A stretch of 64,000 nucleotides of DNA from an uncultured Planctomycetaceae bacterium (GCA_963785305.1 CAWAUV010000007.1:1984001-2048000), one strand, 5' to 3'; shown: positions 10,534 through 22,555, counted from the stretch's first letter. Notes: generated by a model not told the origin, from the letters alone. Numbers and translations are program-made.

Positions 10534-12423
10534 GTGACAAACGCGCAAAAAGAGCGGGCCCAGGGCGACGCCGATGCTCCGCACGAATCGACCGCGGCCG
10601 GCGGCCGGCCCCAATTCGCCATCGGCATCGACCTGGGCACCACCAACAGCGTGCTCGCCTATGCGAGGCTCGACAACCTGCTTCCCGGGGCGCCGGTGAA
10701 AGTCGAGACGCTGCCGATACCGCAGCTTGTCGCCGCGGCCACGGTCGAAGCGCTGCCGTCGCTGGCGTCGTTTGCCTATCTACCGGCCGACGACGAGCGG
10801 AAAGGCAAAGCGTTTGCCTTGCCCTGGGACGCCGAGCCGCGGGGCGTGGTCGGAGAATTGGCCCGGCGCCAAGCAGCCGAAGCGCCACGCGCACGGTGGC
10901 GGCGGCCAAAAGTTGGCTGGGTCATAGCCGCGTCGATCGCCATCAGCCGATTCTCCCGCCGGGCGCTCCGGCCGAAGTCGAAAAAATCTCGCCGATCGAA
11001 GCCTCGCGCCGCTACCTCGCGCACTTGGTCGCCGCTTGGAACGCCGCAATGCCCGACGCTCCACTGGCCGAGCAGCAAGTCGTGCTCACGGCGCCGGCCT
11101 CGTTCGACGCCAGCGCCCGGGATCTCACGCGCGAAGCCGCCCTCGCCGCCGGGCTACCCGAGGATTTCGTGCTGCTCGAGGAGCCGCAAGCCGCCGTGTA
11201 TGCGTGGCTGGCCGAATTTGGCGATCGCTGGCGCCGCGAGCTCAAGCTGGGCGACCTGCTGCTGGTGTGCGACGTGGGCGGCGGCACCAGCGACTTCACG
11301 CTCATTGGCGTGGCCGAGGAAAACGGCGAACTCGAGCTGCGCCGGGTGGCGGTGGGCAATCATCTGCTGCTCGGTGGCGACAACATGGACCTGGCGCTGG
11401 CGCACCACGCGGCCGAGGCATTCAAGGCCAAGGGCGTTTCGCTCGACCCCTGGCAATCGGTGGCGCTCTGGCATTCGTGCCGCGCGGCCAAGGAATCGCT
11501 GCTCGCCGCCGACGGACCGAAGCGCCATTCGGTCACGGTGCTCGGCCGCGGCAGCAAGCTGATCGGCGGCACGGTGTCGGTGGATCTCGAGCGCGAGACG
11601 GTTTCGGCGCTCGTGGCCGATGGTTTTTTACCGACCTGTGCGCTCACGGATCGGCCGGCCCGTCGCCCGGCGAGCGGCTTTCGCGAGCTGGGATTGCCGT
11701 TTGAAATCGACGCCGCTATCACGCGCCACCTAGCAGCGTTTCTGGCGACCCATGGCGAAGCCGGCGCTCCGGCCCGGCCCACGCATGTGCTGTTCAACGG
11801 CGGCGTTTTCAAATCGCCGCGTTTGCGCGAGCGGCTACTGGAAGTGCTCGGCCAATGGTTTCCCGACGAATCAACAGCGCGTCGACCCCGCGCCCCTGGC
11901 CGGCGACCACGATCTCGACGCCGCCGTGGCCCGCGGCGCCGCGTATTATGGTCTTGCCAAGCGAGGGCGCGGAGTGCGAATTCGCGGCGGCACGGCGCGG
12001 GCCTATTATGTGGGCATCGAAACCGCCGGCCTCGCCATTCCCGGGGCGCCGCGTCCGCTCTCGGCGCTGTGCGTGGCGCCGATCGGCATGGAAGAAGGAA
12101 CCGAATCCGACGTGCCCGGCAGCGAGGTTGGACTCGTGGTGGGCGAACCAGCCAATTTTCGCTTCTTTAGTTCGTCGACGCGCCGCGACGATCGGCCCGG
12201 CGACGCGCTTTCGCGCTGGACGGAGGAAGAACTTTCGGAAACCGATTCGCTCGAAGCCACGCTTCCGGCCGCCGAGGAGACCGAAGAGGGTTATGTTCCG
12301 GTGCGATTTCTTTCGCGCGTGACCGAGCTTGGCGTGCTCGAGCTATGGTGCGTGTCGACCACGAACGATCAGCGCTGGAAATTGGAATTCAGCGTTCGCC
12401 AAGACGCCGAAATGCCCTCTTGA
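10534..12423 (+). CDS. Atypical Hsp70-family (DnaK-related) protein A; frameshifts near 10887 and 11888
   Basis: GIDLGTTNS, TAPASF, EEPQAA, CDVGGGTSD, LGGDNMD, VLFNGG, AVARGAAYYG spread over three overlapping ORFs. Confidence 0.85.
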
Positions 12424-12448
12424 GTTACGAACAGGGCGGATGTGATCC

Positions 12449-15427
12449 ATGAACAGGGCGCATGACGCATTCGACGCCGAGCCCGCGCCGGCTCGCTATA
12501 CGGTGGGGATCGATCTGGGCACCAGCAATTCGGCCGTCGCTTATGTCGACACCCTCGAGTCGCCGTGGCGATCGCGCGTGTTTTCGATTCCGCAGCTAGT
12601 CGCCCCGAGCGTGGTCGAATCGCGCGACACGCTGCCTTCGTGTCACTATCAGCGCGCCGCGGGCGAATTTGCCGCCGGCGCGTTTCGCTTGCCTTGGACC
12701 GCGGCGGGCGAAGCGGAATCCGACCATGCGGTCGGCTTCCTTGCCCGCGATCAAGGGGCCGCGGCGCCGGGGCGGTTGATCGCTTCGGCCAAAAGCTGGC
12801 TTTGTCATGCCGGCGTCGATCGGCTGGCCGACCTGTTGCCCTGGCACGGCGCGGCCGATGTCGCGAAGCTGTCGCCGGTCGCGGCCAGCGCTCGCTATTT
12901 GGCGCATCTTCGCGCGGCCTGGAACGACGCCCACCCGGCCGAGCCGCTCGAGCGGCAAGATATCGTGCTCACCTTGCCGGCTTCATTCGACGAAGTGGCC
13001 CGGGAACTCACGGTGCGCGCCGCCGCCGAGGCGGGCCTCGCGCGCGTGGTGCTGATCGAGGAGCCTCAAGCGGCTTTTTATGCCTGGATCGAATCGCGAG
13101 CCGACGCCTGGGAACACGAGATCGCGGCCGGCGAAAAGATTCTGGTGTGCGACATCGGTGGCGGCACCACCGATTTCACGCTCATTCATGCTCGCCGGGC
13201 CAGTGACGCCAAGGCGCGGTTTCAGCGCGTGGCGGTGGGTGATCATTTGATCCTCGGCGGCGACAACATGGACCTCGCCTTGGCGCGGCATGTCGAAAGC
13301 CGGCTCGGCGAACGGGGGGTCTCGCTCGACGCGCGGAGTTGGGCCGTGCTTACGCGCGTTGCGCGGCAGGTGAAAGAAACCTTGCTCGGCGAGAATCCTC
13401 CCGAGCGATACACGATCACGCTCCCCGGCACGGGCTCGCGGCTCATTGGTGGCTCGCGGCAAGTGGAAGTCTCGCGGGAAGAGGTCGAGCGGCTGCTGAT
13501 CGATGGATTCGCGCCGCGGGTAGCGCTCGACGCCCGGCCGCTGCGCCGCGGCGGCTTTCAAGAGTTTGGGCTCCCCTATGCGGCCGACGCGGCCATCACT
13601 CGCTACCTCGCCGCGTTTCTCATGGCCCATCGCGCCGACGAATCGCCCCTGGGCGGCGAACCGTCGCCTTCGGCCGCGGCAAGCGCGCCGAGCGTCGAGG
13701 GGGCTCGACCCGATGTGGTGCTTTTCAATGGCGGAGCGTTTCACTCGCCCTTGCTGCGGCGGCGGTTGATCGATTCGCTCGCCGCGTGGTTTGGCGGCGA
13801 AAGCGGTTGGCGGCCGCGAATCCTCGACAATCCGCGCCTCGATCTGGCCGTGGCCCTCGGCGCCGCGTATTACGGCATGGTCCGCCGCGGCGCGGGCGTG
13901 AGAATCGCGGCGGGGCTTGCCCGCGCATATTACATCGGTGTCGACGCCGACCCGAACACAAGCTCGCCCACGGAATCGAGCAAGGAACCGAGCGGAGCCG
14001 ACTCGGCGCCCGCCGTGGCCGCGGTGTGCCTCGTGCCCGCTGGCACGGAAGAAGGCGCGACGATCGATCTCTCGGACCGCGCGTTTCAGCTTCGCGTGCG
14101 CGAACCGGTCGAGTTTCCGCTCTACTACTCGAGCACGCGTCTGACCGACAAGCCGGGCCAGCTTGCCGCGGTCGATCCCTTGCAGCTCACCGGGCTGCCG
14201 CCGATTCGCACCGTGCTCGAAGCCGGCAAGAAACATGCCGCCGCCGAAACGCTTGAAGTCACGCTGCATGCCCGCCTCACCGAAATCGGCACGCTCGATC
14301 TGTGGTGCGCGGCATCGACCGGAACCCGGCAGTGGCGACTGCAATTCGATGTTCGCGCGGCCACGCATACCGATGCGCGCGGCCACCAGGGCGCCGCCGA
14401 GCAAGCCGGCGTGGTCGAGGAGCAAACCCTCGCCACGGCCCGAAGGTTGATCGAAGAGGCTTTTGGCGCCGGCGAGACAACCGTTCTAGCTGGCGGTCGC
14501 GGCGCGAGTGGTGGCGAAGTCGCGGCGGCTCGCGCCTCGGCCGCCGAGGGACTCGTCAAACGGCTCGCCGCCGCGCTCGACATGCCCCGCGGCGCATGGC
14601 CGCCGACACTGCTGCGCGAGATGTGGGCGGCGCTCATCGACGGCGCCGATGCGCGGCGTCGCGCGGCGCCGGTCGAGGCACGATGGCTCAATCTCCTGGG
14701 CTTCGCGCTCCGGCCCGGCTTCGGCATGGCGGTCGACGATTGGCGCGTGGCCCGTACTTGGCGCGTGCTGGGCGGACGCCTCTACCACTCCCAGCCGATG
14801 TGCCGGGTCGAATGGTGGATTCTCTGGCGTCGCATTGCCGGTGGTTTGGCGGCTGGCCAGCAACGGGCCTTGGCCGATCCGCTCCTGGCCGAGATTCGCT
14901 CCAGCCGCCGCGCGCTGGCCAAGGGCCGCGGGGCCGAACATCGCGGCGCCGAACACGAAACCGCCGAAATCTGGCGCCTGCTTGGTTCGCTTGAATTGTT
15001 GCCCGCGAGCGATAAGCTCGAATTGGCCGAGGGACTCATGGAGCTCGTGGCCCGCGAAAAAACACCGACTCTGGCCGCGGCGGGGGTGTGGGCCCTGGGT
15101 CGAATCGGCTCGCGGACACCGCTCTATGGTCCGCTCAATGCCGCCGCCCCCACCGAAGCGGTCACGGCCTGGATCGAATGGCTGCTCGCGCACAAGCGTC
15201 CGCCGGAAACTACTTCGCTAGCGCTGATGCAACTCGCCCGCCGCACGCATGATCGCTATCGCGATATATCCGATGCGCTGCGAAAAAAGGTCGTGTCAAG
15301 GCTTGAGAGCGACGTGGCGCCGGCGCATTTCCTCGAGCTCGTCGCCCGCGGAGGCGAGCTGGGCGACGCCGAAGCCGGCCTTGTGTTTGGCGATAGCTTG
15401 CCGCGCGGCTTGAGTCTGGCTCGCTGA
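12449..15427 (+). CDS. Atypical Hsp70-family protein B with helical C-terminal extension (DUF3731-like)
   Basis: [44 protein letters not shown]-terminal [44 protein letters not shown]. Confidence 0.9.
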   Translation: MNRAHDAFDAEPAPARYTVGIDLGTSNSAVAYVDTLESPWRSRVFSIPQLVAPSVVESRDTLPSCHYQRAAGEFAAGAFRLPWTAAGEAESDHAVGFLARDQGAAAPGRLIASAKSWLCHAGVDRLADLLPWHGAADVAKLSPVAASARYLAHLRAAWNDAHPAEPLERQDIVLTLPASFDEVARELTVRAAAEAGLARVVLIEEPQAAFYAWIESRADAWEHEIAAGEKILVCDIGGGTTDFTLIHARRASDAKARFQRVAVGDHLILGGDNMDLALARHVESRLGERGVSLDARSWAVLTRVARQVKETLLGENPPERYTITLPGTGSRLIGGSRQVEVSREEVERLLIDGFAPRVALDARPLRRGGFQEFGLPYAADAAITRYLAAFLMAHRADESPLGGEPSPSAAASAPSVEGARPDVVLFNGGAFHSPLLRRRLIDSLAAWFGGESGWRPRILDNPRLDLAVALGAAYYGMVRRGAGVRIAAGLARAYYIGVDADPNTSSPTESSKEPSGADSAPAVAAVCLVPAGTEEGATIDLSDRAFQLRVREPVEFPLYYSSTRLTDKPGQLAAVDPLQLTGLPPIRTVLEAGKKHAAAETLEVTLHARLTEIGTLDLWCAASTGTRQWRLQFDVRAATHTDARGHQGAAEQAGVVEEQTLATARRLIEEAFGAGETTVLAGGRGASGGEVAAARASAAEGLVKRLAAALDMPRGAWPPTLLREMWAALIDGADARRRAAPVEARWLNLLGFALRPGFGMAVDDWRVARTWRVLGGRLYHSQPMCRVEWWILWRRIAGGLAAGQQRALADPLLAEIRSSRRALAKGRGAEHRGAEHETAEIWRLLGSLELLPASDKLELAEGLMELVAREKTPTLAAAGVWALGRIGSRTPLYGPLNAAAPTEAVTAWIEWLLAHKRPPETTSLALMQLARRTHDRYRDISDALRKKVVSRLESDVAPAHFLELVARGGELGDAEAGLVFGDSLPRGLSLAR

Positions 15428-15539
15428 ACGTTAAAACAGGAAGCATTGGAAACGTGAAAGCTCGCGTCGAAAAGGCTCCTTCGACGCATCGTGTCGCAAA
15501 ACCTCATCCCCCGCTTCGACTCGCGATTGGAATACCGCC

Positions 15540-17010
15540 ATGCAAATTCAAAAACCGCTCGCCGCCGTTTCGCAAACCAAAGCCGACACGGTTGTGGTGG
15601 GTCTCCACTCCGAAGGCCCGCTCACGCCGTCGGCCGCTGAAGTCGATCGCGTATCGGGCGGGGCCGTTCAAGGCATCGTCGACAGCAAGGACTTCTCGGG
15701 CAAGAAATACGAGACGCTCTCGCTCTGGAGTTTGTCCGGCATGGCTGCCCGGCAAGTGTTGCTGGTGGGTCTTGGACCTCGGCAGGCATTCGACACCGGC
15801 GCGGCCTATCGTGTCGCCGGGGCCGCCTCGGCGCGCTTGCGGCCAAGAGCCACGACGGCATTGCCTTCTTTCTCGCCGAAGGTTGGACCGCGGCCGAAGC
15901 CGAAGCCGGGCTCGCCGGCGCGATCGTCGCCTGTCATGGCCAAGACCTTTTTCGCGCGAAAAAAATCGGCACCCCTTCAAACGCCTCTTCTGGGCCGGCG
16001 CTTCCGACGAAGCCTTCGAAGGCGGCCGAATCCTGGGCGACGCCATTAACCTCACGCGGCGCTTGGTCAATAGCCCCGCCCACGATGTTTATCCCGAGAC
16101 ATTCGCCCGCGAGGCTGCGCAGGTCGCCAAGGCATGCAACTTCGAGATCGACGTGTGGGACGAAGCCAAGCTCGAGGCCGAGCGATGCGGCTCGCTGCTT
16201 GCCGTGTCGCGCGGCTCGGCCCGATCGCCGCGAATGGTGATCGCCCGCTACCACGGAGCCGACGCCAAGGCCCCCTGGCTGGCGATTGTCGGCAAGGGCG
16301 TGACCTTCGACTCGGGCGGCCTGTCGCTCAAGACACCCGAGGGCATGCTGACCATGAAATGCGACATGGCCGGCGCGGCCACGATGCTCGGCGCCCTGCA
16401 AGCGATCAGCCAACTCAAGCTGCCGGTCAATGTGATCGGCCTCGCGGGCTTGGTGGAAAACATGACCGGCTCGGCGGCGATGAAGCTCGGCGATGTTTTG
16501 CAAGCCCGCAACGGCCGCACGATCGAAGTCCACAACACCGACGCCGAGGGCCGGCTGGTGCTGGCCGATGTGCTCGATGTGGCTGTCGAGGCCGGCGCCG
16601 CCAAGATCGTCGACCTGGCGACGCTCACCGGCGCGTGCTGCGTGGCCCTGGGCCTCGAGGTGGCCGGCCTGATGACCAACGATCAACCGTGGCTCGACGC
16701 CGTGGCTGCGGCGGCTCGCGCCTGCGGTGAGCCGGTGTGGCAATTGCCGATGTATTCCGAGATTTACGACGACCAGATCAAAAGCCAAGTGGCCGATATT
16801 AAAAACGTGGGCGAAGGCCGCTGGGGCGGAGCGATCACGGCCGCCAAGTTTCTCGAACAGTTTGTCGGCAAGACTCCCTGGGCGCATCTCGACATTGCCG
16901 GCCCGGCGTTTCGCGAGAAAGCGAAGCCTTGGATCGACGCCGGCGCGAGCGGCCAATATGTTCGCACCCTGGTGGAACTCGCGCGGCGCTGGCCGACGAT
17001 CGCCGGCTGA
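15540..17010 (+). CDS. pepA: Leucyl aminopeptidase (M17); frameshifts near 15840 and 15957
   Basis: [44 protein letters not shown]. Confidence 0.93.
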
Positions 17011-17102
17011 CAAGCATTTTCGCCGACGGTAGACTTGTTGTAGCCAAAAGCGATGGCTCCGCACCCCAGGGGCCCTCGCCGAGTGTCGGAGAGTCGAACG
17101 CC

Positions 17103-17969
17103 ATGCCGCGCCTAAGCCCGCTGCTCAAGGTCGCGATAGCCCATGGGGGCGCCGCGATCGCAATCGCCTATTGGTCGATCGCCTGTTCGTCCCTCGCCGC
17201 CGAACCGAATGCGTCTTCATCGGCCGCCGAGTTGATCGCGCGTCCTTCGGCCGGCGAGTTGGTTGCGCGTCCTTCGGCCGCCGATAAGCCACCCGCCGAC
17301 AAGCCACCGGTCGGCGAATCCGCCGCGCTCAAGGGCCGCAATCCGCGCGTGCTCTTGATCGTGGCCCGCGATTGCCCACGCTGCGACGAGACTCTGGCTC
17401 GGCTGCGCGCCCCGAAAGGCGATTTCGAAAAAATGCGGAGCGTGGGCTGGAAGATCGGCTCGAGCGCCGGGGACCATTTGCAGATCGTCGATCGCGAGAA
17501 GGTCGAGGCGCTGGTCGAGCGGTTGGGCGTGAAGGAGTTCCCCTCGGTCGTGGGCCTGGAAAACGGGCGGATCGAGCGATCGTTTCAAACCGGCTGCACC
17601 ACGCCGCTCGACATGTGGACTTTTGCCTGGCTGCTCAAAGGACAAGACGAGCGCCCGGCGAACTCGTCGCCGGAAAAAGCGACCGCGGCCACGACCGGCC
17701 ATTTTCCCCTGCGCGGCAATCACTGGACGATCGATGGCGACTGGCAGCCCTCGCGTGAAAGACTGGTGAGCCACTTGCGCGGCCCGGTGCATGGCCCACA
17801 GATCGCGGGCCGATACGAGATCGAGGGCTGGTCGTATGAAGAGCTGCGTTCGCTGCACGACAAGCTGCACGAGGTGGAGATGGGCGGCGTGCAATACGGC
17901 ATGGGCAGCAGCCAATCCTCGCCGAGCGCGAACCCCTTCAGTGCGGCCCGCAAAGCGAGCGGCCGCTGA
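17103..17969 (+). CDS. Exported hypothetical protein with thioredoxin-like CPRC motif and His-rich C-terminal domain
   Basis: Signal-like N-terminus; VLLIVARDCPRC...GVKEFPSVV; C-terminal NHW...SHL...VH...ELRSLHDKLHE. Confidence 0.65.
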   Translation: MPRLSPLLKVAIAHGGAAIAIAYWSIACSSLAAEPNASSSAAELIARPSAGELVARPSAADKPPADKPPVGESAALKGRNPRVLLIVARDCPRCDETLARLRAPKGDFEKMRSVGWKIGSSAGDHLQIVDREKVEALVERLGVKEFPSVVGLENGRIERSFQTGCTTPLDMWTFAWLLKGQDERPANSSPEKATAATTGHFPLRGNHWTIDGDWQPSRERLVSHLRGPVHGPQIAGRYEIEGWSYEELRSLHDKLHEVEMGGVQYGMGSSQSSPSANPFSAARKASGR

Positions 17970-18033
17970 GCGGCGCCGGGCTTGTCGGCAGTCGCGCGAG
18001 TTGGCGGAATATCGCCGGCGGAGAGGCGTGCCG

Positions 18034-19041
18034 TTATTCGGCCCGCGTGAGGAGGAGTTCGGTGAGTTGGGCAAGCAGGTCGCGGGCGGGGCTCCACGGC
18101 AGGCCAGCCAGCGATTCGCGGCTTTCGCGGGCAAAGTCGGCGGCCCGGCCGCGGGCATATTCCAACGCGTCGCAGGCGGCAAGCCGTTCGGCCAGAAGCC
18201 GCCGGGCCGCTGGGCCGCCTAGGTGCAATTGCTCGACCACCGCCTGCCGATCGCGCTCGCCGAGCCGCGAGAGCATGCGAATGATCGGCAGCGTGAGCTT
18301 TTCTTTTTCCAGATCGGTGCCGAGCGACTTGCCGGCCTGCTGTTCATCGCCCACCACATCCAACAGATCGTCGACGATTTGAAACGCGATGCCCAGCGCC
18401 CGGCCATAGCGCGTCAGCGAGCGAGTGGTTTCCGGGCTCGCGCCGGCGTAGTGGGCTCCCAAGCGGCAGCAGCAAGCGCAAAGCTCGGCGGTCTTGGCTT
18501 CGATGATCGAAAGGTAGTCTTCTTCGGCCAGGGCATAATTGCCGCGGCTATGTATTTGCCTCAGCTCGCCGGCGCAGACCGCGTTGGTCGCTTGGCCGAT
18601 CACTTGGCAGGCATAGGTGGTTTCGAGCGAACTGGCCAACGCGAAAGCATGCGTGAACAGATAGTCGCCCACCAGCACGCTGGCTTCGTTGTCGTGGCGG
18701 GCATTGAGCGTGTCTTGATGACGACGCATGCTCGCTTCGTCGAGCACATCGTCATGGACCAGCGTGGCGGTGTGGATCATCTCGACCACCGCGCCTAGCA
18801 CGATGTGCGATCGGCCCAAGCCGCCGCATGCCTGCGCCGAAAGCAGCAAGAGCGCGGGCCGCAGTCGCTTGCCGCCCAGCCGAAAGGCATGTTTCACCAG
18901 CGAATCCACGAAGGTATCGTCGCTCGTGAGCTCGTCGCACAGCATTTGCTCGACGGCCGCAAGCTCGGTCGATACGGGCGCGAACAGCGCGGTCCAAGGC
19001 GGACGCGCGGGCGAAGACAATTGTCGCATGCGTTCACTCAC
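18034..19041 (-). CDS. ispB: Polyprenyl diphosphate synthase (IspB/HepT-like)
   Basis: GGKRLRP, EMIHTATLVHDDVLD (first Asp-rich motif), KTAEL, FQIVDDLLD (second motif), GKSLGTDL. Confidence 0.9.
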   Translation of the reverse strand: MSERMRQLSSPARPPWTALFAPVSTELAAVEQMLCDELTSDDTFVDSLVKHAFRLGGKRLRPALLLLSAQACGGLGRSHIVLGAVVEMIHTATLVHDDVLDEASMRRHQDTLNARHDNEASVLVGDYLFTHAFALASSLETTYACQVIGQATNAVCAGELRQIHSRGNYALAEEDYLSIIEAKTAELCACCCRLGAHYAGASPETTRSLTRYGRALGIAFQIVDDLLDVVGDEQQAGKSLGTDLEKEKLTLPIIRMLSRLGERDRQAVVEQLHLGGPAARRLLAERLAACDALEYARGRAADFARESRESLAGLPWSPARDLLAQLTELLLTRAE

Positions 19042-19816
19042 TCGGATTCCCGTTCCCTAACCTGCCACGAGGCGTCGCCGACAATCGGCCCCCATGGGCT
19101 GCCTGCCGCCGGAGGCCACTATGTGTTTGAACCGTGTTTGGCGCCCGTCGATTAACCCGCCCCCAGAGCGCGCGAGCCCGCCTTGCTGGGCCGGCGGCCC
19201 GGAGTGTCTAAAGCAGTATTCTAAAAATCCCCGGCGCCTCGTCGAGGGGAAATGAGCAAGCGAAGTGGCAAATTGCCCCCGGGGCAGCCTGTTGAAATAC
19301 TCAACCAGCCGCGGGTCGGGCCCCGCGGCATTCGCCGCGAGGCCGATTCGCCTTGCTCGACCGCGTTTGTCGAGACTATATTGGCCCCGCCACCGGCGAA
19401 TTGCCGCGTTTTTCGGAGTCCGCGGCTCGCGGAGCGACCCCAAGTCGCCGGAACCGCCGGTCGCCTCGCCCCCGACCGCCGAGAAGCCTGACGAAAAGGC
19501 AAGGTTTGTTGCGAACCGCGTCGCCCGAGATCAAGCTATTGGGAGCATTAGACGAATGAAGGCTTGAGAGGTTTGCCCCTCGCCGGGCCCTGACATTTCG
19601 TCTCAGCACTTCCAGCGAGCACGCCCCAACCACCCGCCCCCAGCGAACCGCCTTCCCCCAACACGCACAACGCCCGAGCAAAACCAGCACACCCCCCGAC
19701 CAGCGCTTCCCCAGACCAGCGCTGCCCAAGAAATAACCCCACCGCGTTTGTTCATTGCATATCCCCCGCGACTTCAATCCTTCCAGGCCGCCTTGAAGTC
19801 GGGAGAGACGTTCCGC

Positions 19817-22095
19817 ATGGAATTCCGCAAGGTGACGCCGCTCGGCAGACCGAATCTTTGGGCTGATCGTCCGATGATCGAAGTCTGGCTTGGCGCCGAG
19901 CACCATGCCACGCGCCGCGCGACCGATTTCGAATCGTTTCATCGGCTCTGGTCGACATGGCTGCCGCTGATGCCCGATCCGACCGCCGCCGCGCCCCTTC
20001 CGGCGCGCCGCGCCCCGGCGTCTGGCGCGCCCACCGGCATCGCGCCCGATGCGCTGCTCGAATCCATCGAGCAGGGCGCGTCGATCGCGGAACTGCTGCT
20101 CGGCATGACCCTGCGGTTGCAACGCATCGCTTGCGGGCGGACCGACCTCACGCTGGCCTTTGTCGCTCCCTGGCAACATGGCGCACGTATCGCGATCGAA
20201 TACGACGACGAGGCGCTGGCCCGGCTGTGCCTCCAGTGCGCTGGCGCGTGATCGCCACCGCCATGTCGGGCGATTCGTTCGACGCGCGCGACGAAGTCAC
20301 GCGGTTGCACCTATATGCCGATGATTTTTGTCTTGGTCCCAGCACCCGCGCAATCCTGGCCGCCGCCCGGCGCCGCAATATTCCCGCCCGGCGGCTCAAT
20401 CGCTTTAGTTTGGTGCAGCTTGGCGTCGGCGCCCGGCAGCGGCGCATTCTCACGGCCGAAACCGATCGCACCAGCGCCATTGCCGAAACAATTGCCCAGG
20501 ACAAGGAGCTGACCAAAAACCTCTTGGCCGCCGTGGGCGCGCCCGTGCCGCGAGGCCGGTTGGCGGTGAGCGCGGCCGACGCTTGGGAGGCGGCTCTCGA
20601 AGTTGGGCTGCCGGTGGTCGTCAAACCGCGCAACGCCAACCATGGCCGCGGCGTGTCGATCAACTTGAACACGCGCTCGCAAGTGGAAATCGCGTTTGCT
20701 CATGCCCGGGCCGAGGGTGATGGCGTGATCGTGGAACAATTTGCCCGCGGCGCGGAGCATCGCTTGCTGGTGGTGCAAAAGCGGGTCGTCGCGGCCACGC
20801 GCGGCGAGCCGGACCAGATCGTGGGCGATGGCCAGCACACCATCGCGGCGCTCGTCGGCCAGCTCAATAAAGATCCCCGCCGCGGCAAGCATTACGCGTT
20901 TGCCTTTAGCAATGTCGATCTCGACCCCGCGGCGATTCTCACCCTCGAAGAGCAAGGCTACCAACCCGAATCGATTCCGCCGTCCGGCGCCGTGGTGGTG
21001 ATTCATCGCAACGGCGAAATGACCACCGATGAGACCGACGAGGTGCATCCGCAAGTAGCGGCCCTGGCGGTGCTCGCCGCGGAAACCGTGGGGCTCGATA
21101 TCGCCGGCGTTGATATGCTCGCGCCCGACATCGGCCGCCCGCTCGAAGAGCAAGGCGGCGTGATTCTCGAGGTCAACGCTCGCCCCGGCCTCTTGATGCA
21201 CCTCGCGCCCGAGCGGGGCAAGCCGCGGGCCGTGGGCGAGATGATCGTCGACAGTATGTTTCCACCCGGCGAATCGGGCCGGGCGCCGACGGTGGTCGTG
21301 GCCGATGGCGAGGATTCGGCCATCGGTTCGCTGGTGGCTCGCGTGCTGCGGTCCGCCGGATTTTTCGTGGGCCAAGCGACCGCCGGTGGGGCGGCGATCA
21401 ACTTGAACCCTTTGGCCGTGGTGGCCGACTCGCTCGGCCGGCGGACCGACGACCTTTCGACGCACCCCTGGCTCACGGCCCTGGTGGTCGAGCTCGAGGC
21501 AGGTTCGCTGCGCGACGAGGGCATGCCGATCGAGCATTGCGACTTGGCCGTGCTGGGCCGAGCGTTTTGCGCTGGCCGCGATGCCATGGGTGCGGCGGAT
21601 GCCGTGTTGCCGGCGAGCAATGGTTCACCCGAGTCGAGCGATGATTCGGACCTCTATCACCGCGTGGTGACGAGCGCCGTGCTACCCGAGGGTTGGAGCG
21701 TGGCGTGGGTCGACGATCCGACGGCGGGCGCGACGCGGGCATCGGCCAGTTCGCGAATTGTCTGGCTCTCGGAGTCGAGCGCCGATCCGCGACTCGAGTC
21801 GGTGCTAATTGCGGGCGCGAGCGCTGTTTATGTGGCCGAAGGCGCCGTGCAGCGCGTGGAACATGGCCGGCGCCACGCGCTCGAGATCGACCGCCGCCAG
21901 CTCGACCGAGCGATCGCCCGATGGGGTCTCGCGGCCGTGCTTCCGACGATCGCGGTGGCTTGGCGCTTGGGCCTCGCCGATGCAACGCTCGCCGACGCGT
22001 TACAAAGCGACCCGCGATCCGACGATTTATCCCAAGGCCCGACCGGCGCCGCGACCGGCCGAGTGTGCGACTCGCTTTACGCCTCGCGCGGCTAA
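19817..22095 (+). CDS. cphA: Cyanophycin synthetase-like ATP-grasp ligase with degenerate Mur-ligase domain; frameshift near 20242
   Basis: N-terminal MEFRKV...PNLWA; LGPSTRAI, LVQLGVGARQRRI, AQDKELTK, VVVKPRNANHGRGVS, GLDIAGVD, LEVNARPGLLMHLAP; no GTNGKTT P-loop downstream. Confidence 0.8.
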
Positions 22096-22180
22096 CAACC
22101 GTTGGAATATTGATATTTTTTGTTAGTTTGCGTACTGCGCAATACGACAAGCCTCAAGCCTTCGGTCGACCGCAATCCAC

Positions 22181-22209
22181 TTGACGCTTCGACTGTCGGT
22201 GATTACTTT
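22181..22209 (+). promoter_or_regulatory. Sigma70-type promoter TTGACG-N17-TACTTT upstream of the PEP-CTERM cluster
   Basis: -35 at 22181-22186, 17-nt spacer, -10 at 22204-22209. Confidence 0.5.
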
Positions 22210-22555
22210 CATCCTGTCGGAGTGAAATTCGCTCCCTCCCCGCCGCCCCCGCCTCGATTAAACCTCACCTAGCAAGACGCCAATGCAACACGCGTAGCAC
22301 GTCGGACTTTCGACACGCGGTTGCAATCTTTTTGGCGCACCCACCGAATCTTTTCGGGTGGACGACTGCTCGGCACGCCGGGCGTCTAGGCGCGTCTCGC
22401 GTTCCGCCGGGTTGAACCGACTGCTTCGGTTACCGTCCGCATCAACGTCGTCGCACGACGAATTCATGGGGACGGGAGTCCCAGTAACAGCCCCGAGCAC
22501 ACGGCGCCTCCCGTCCCCTTGATTTCGTTTTTCGAATGTTTCCCGCGAATTTCCG

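Noticed and set aside
10534..15427. Calling the Hsp70s dnaK or hscA
   Set aside because: They lack the canonical linker, substrate-binding domain and lid, and have no dnaJ/grpE/isc context
19480..19560. Possible c-di-GMP riboswitch upstream of the cphA-like gene
   Set aside because: The GGCAAA/GAAA/GCAAAGC pattern and its stems could not be matched
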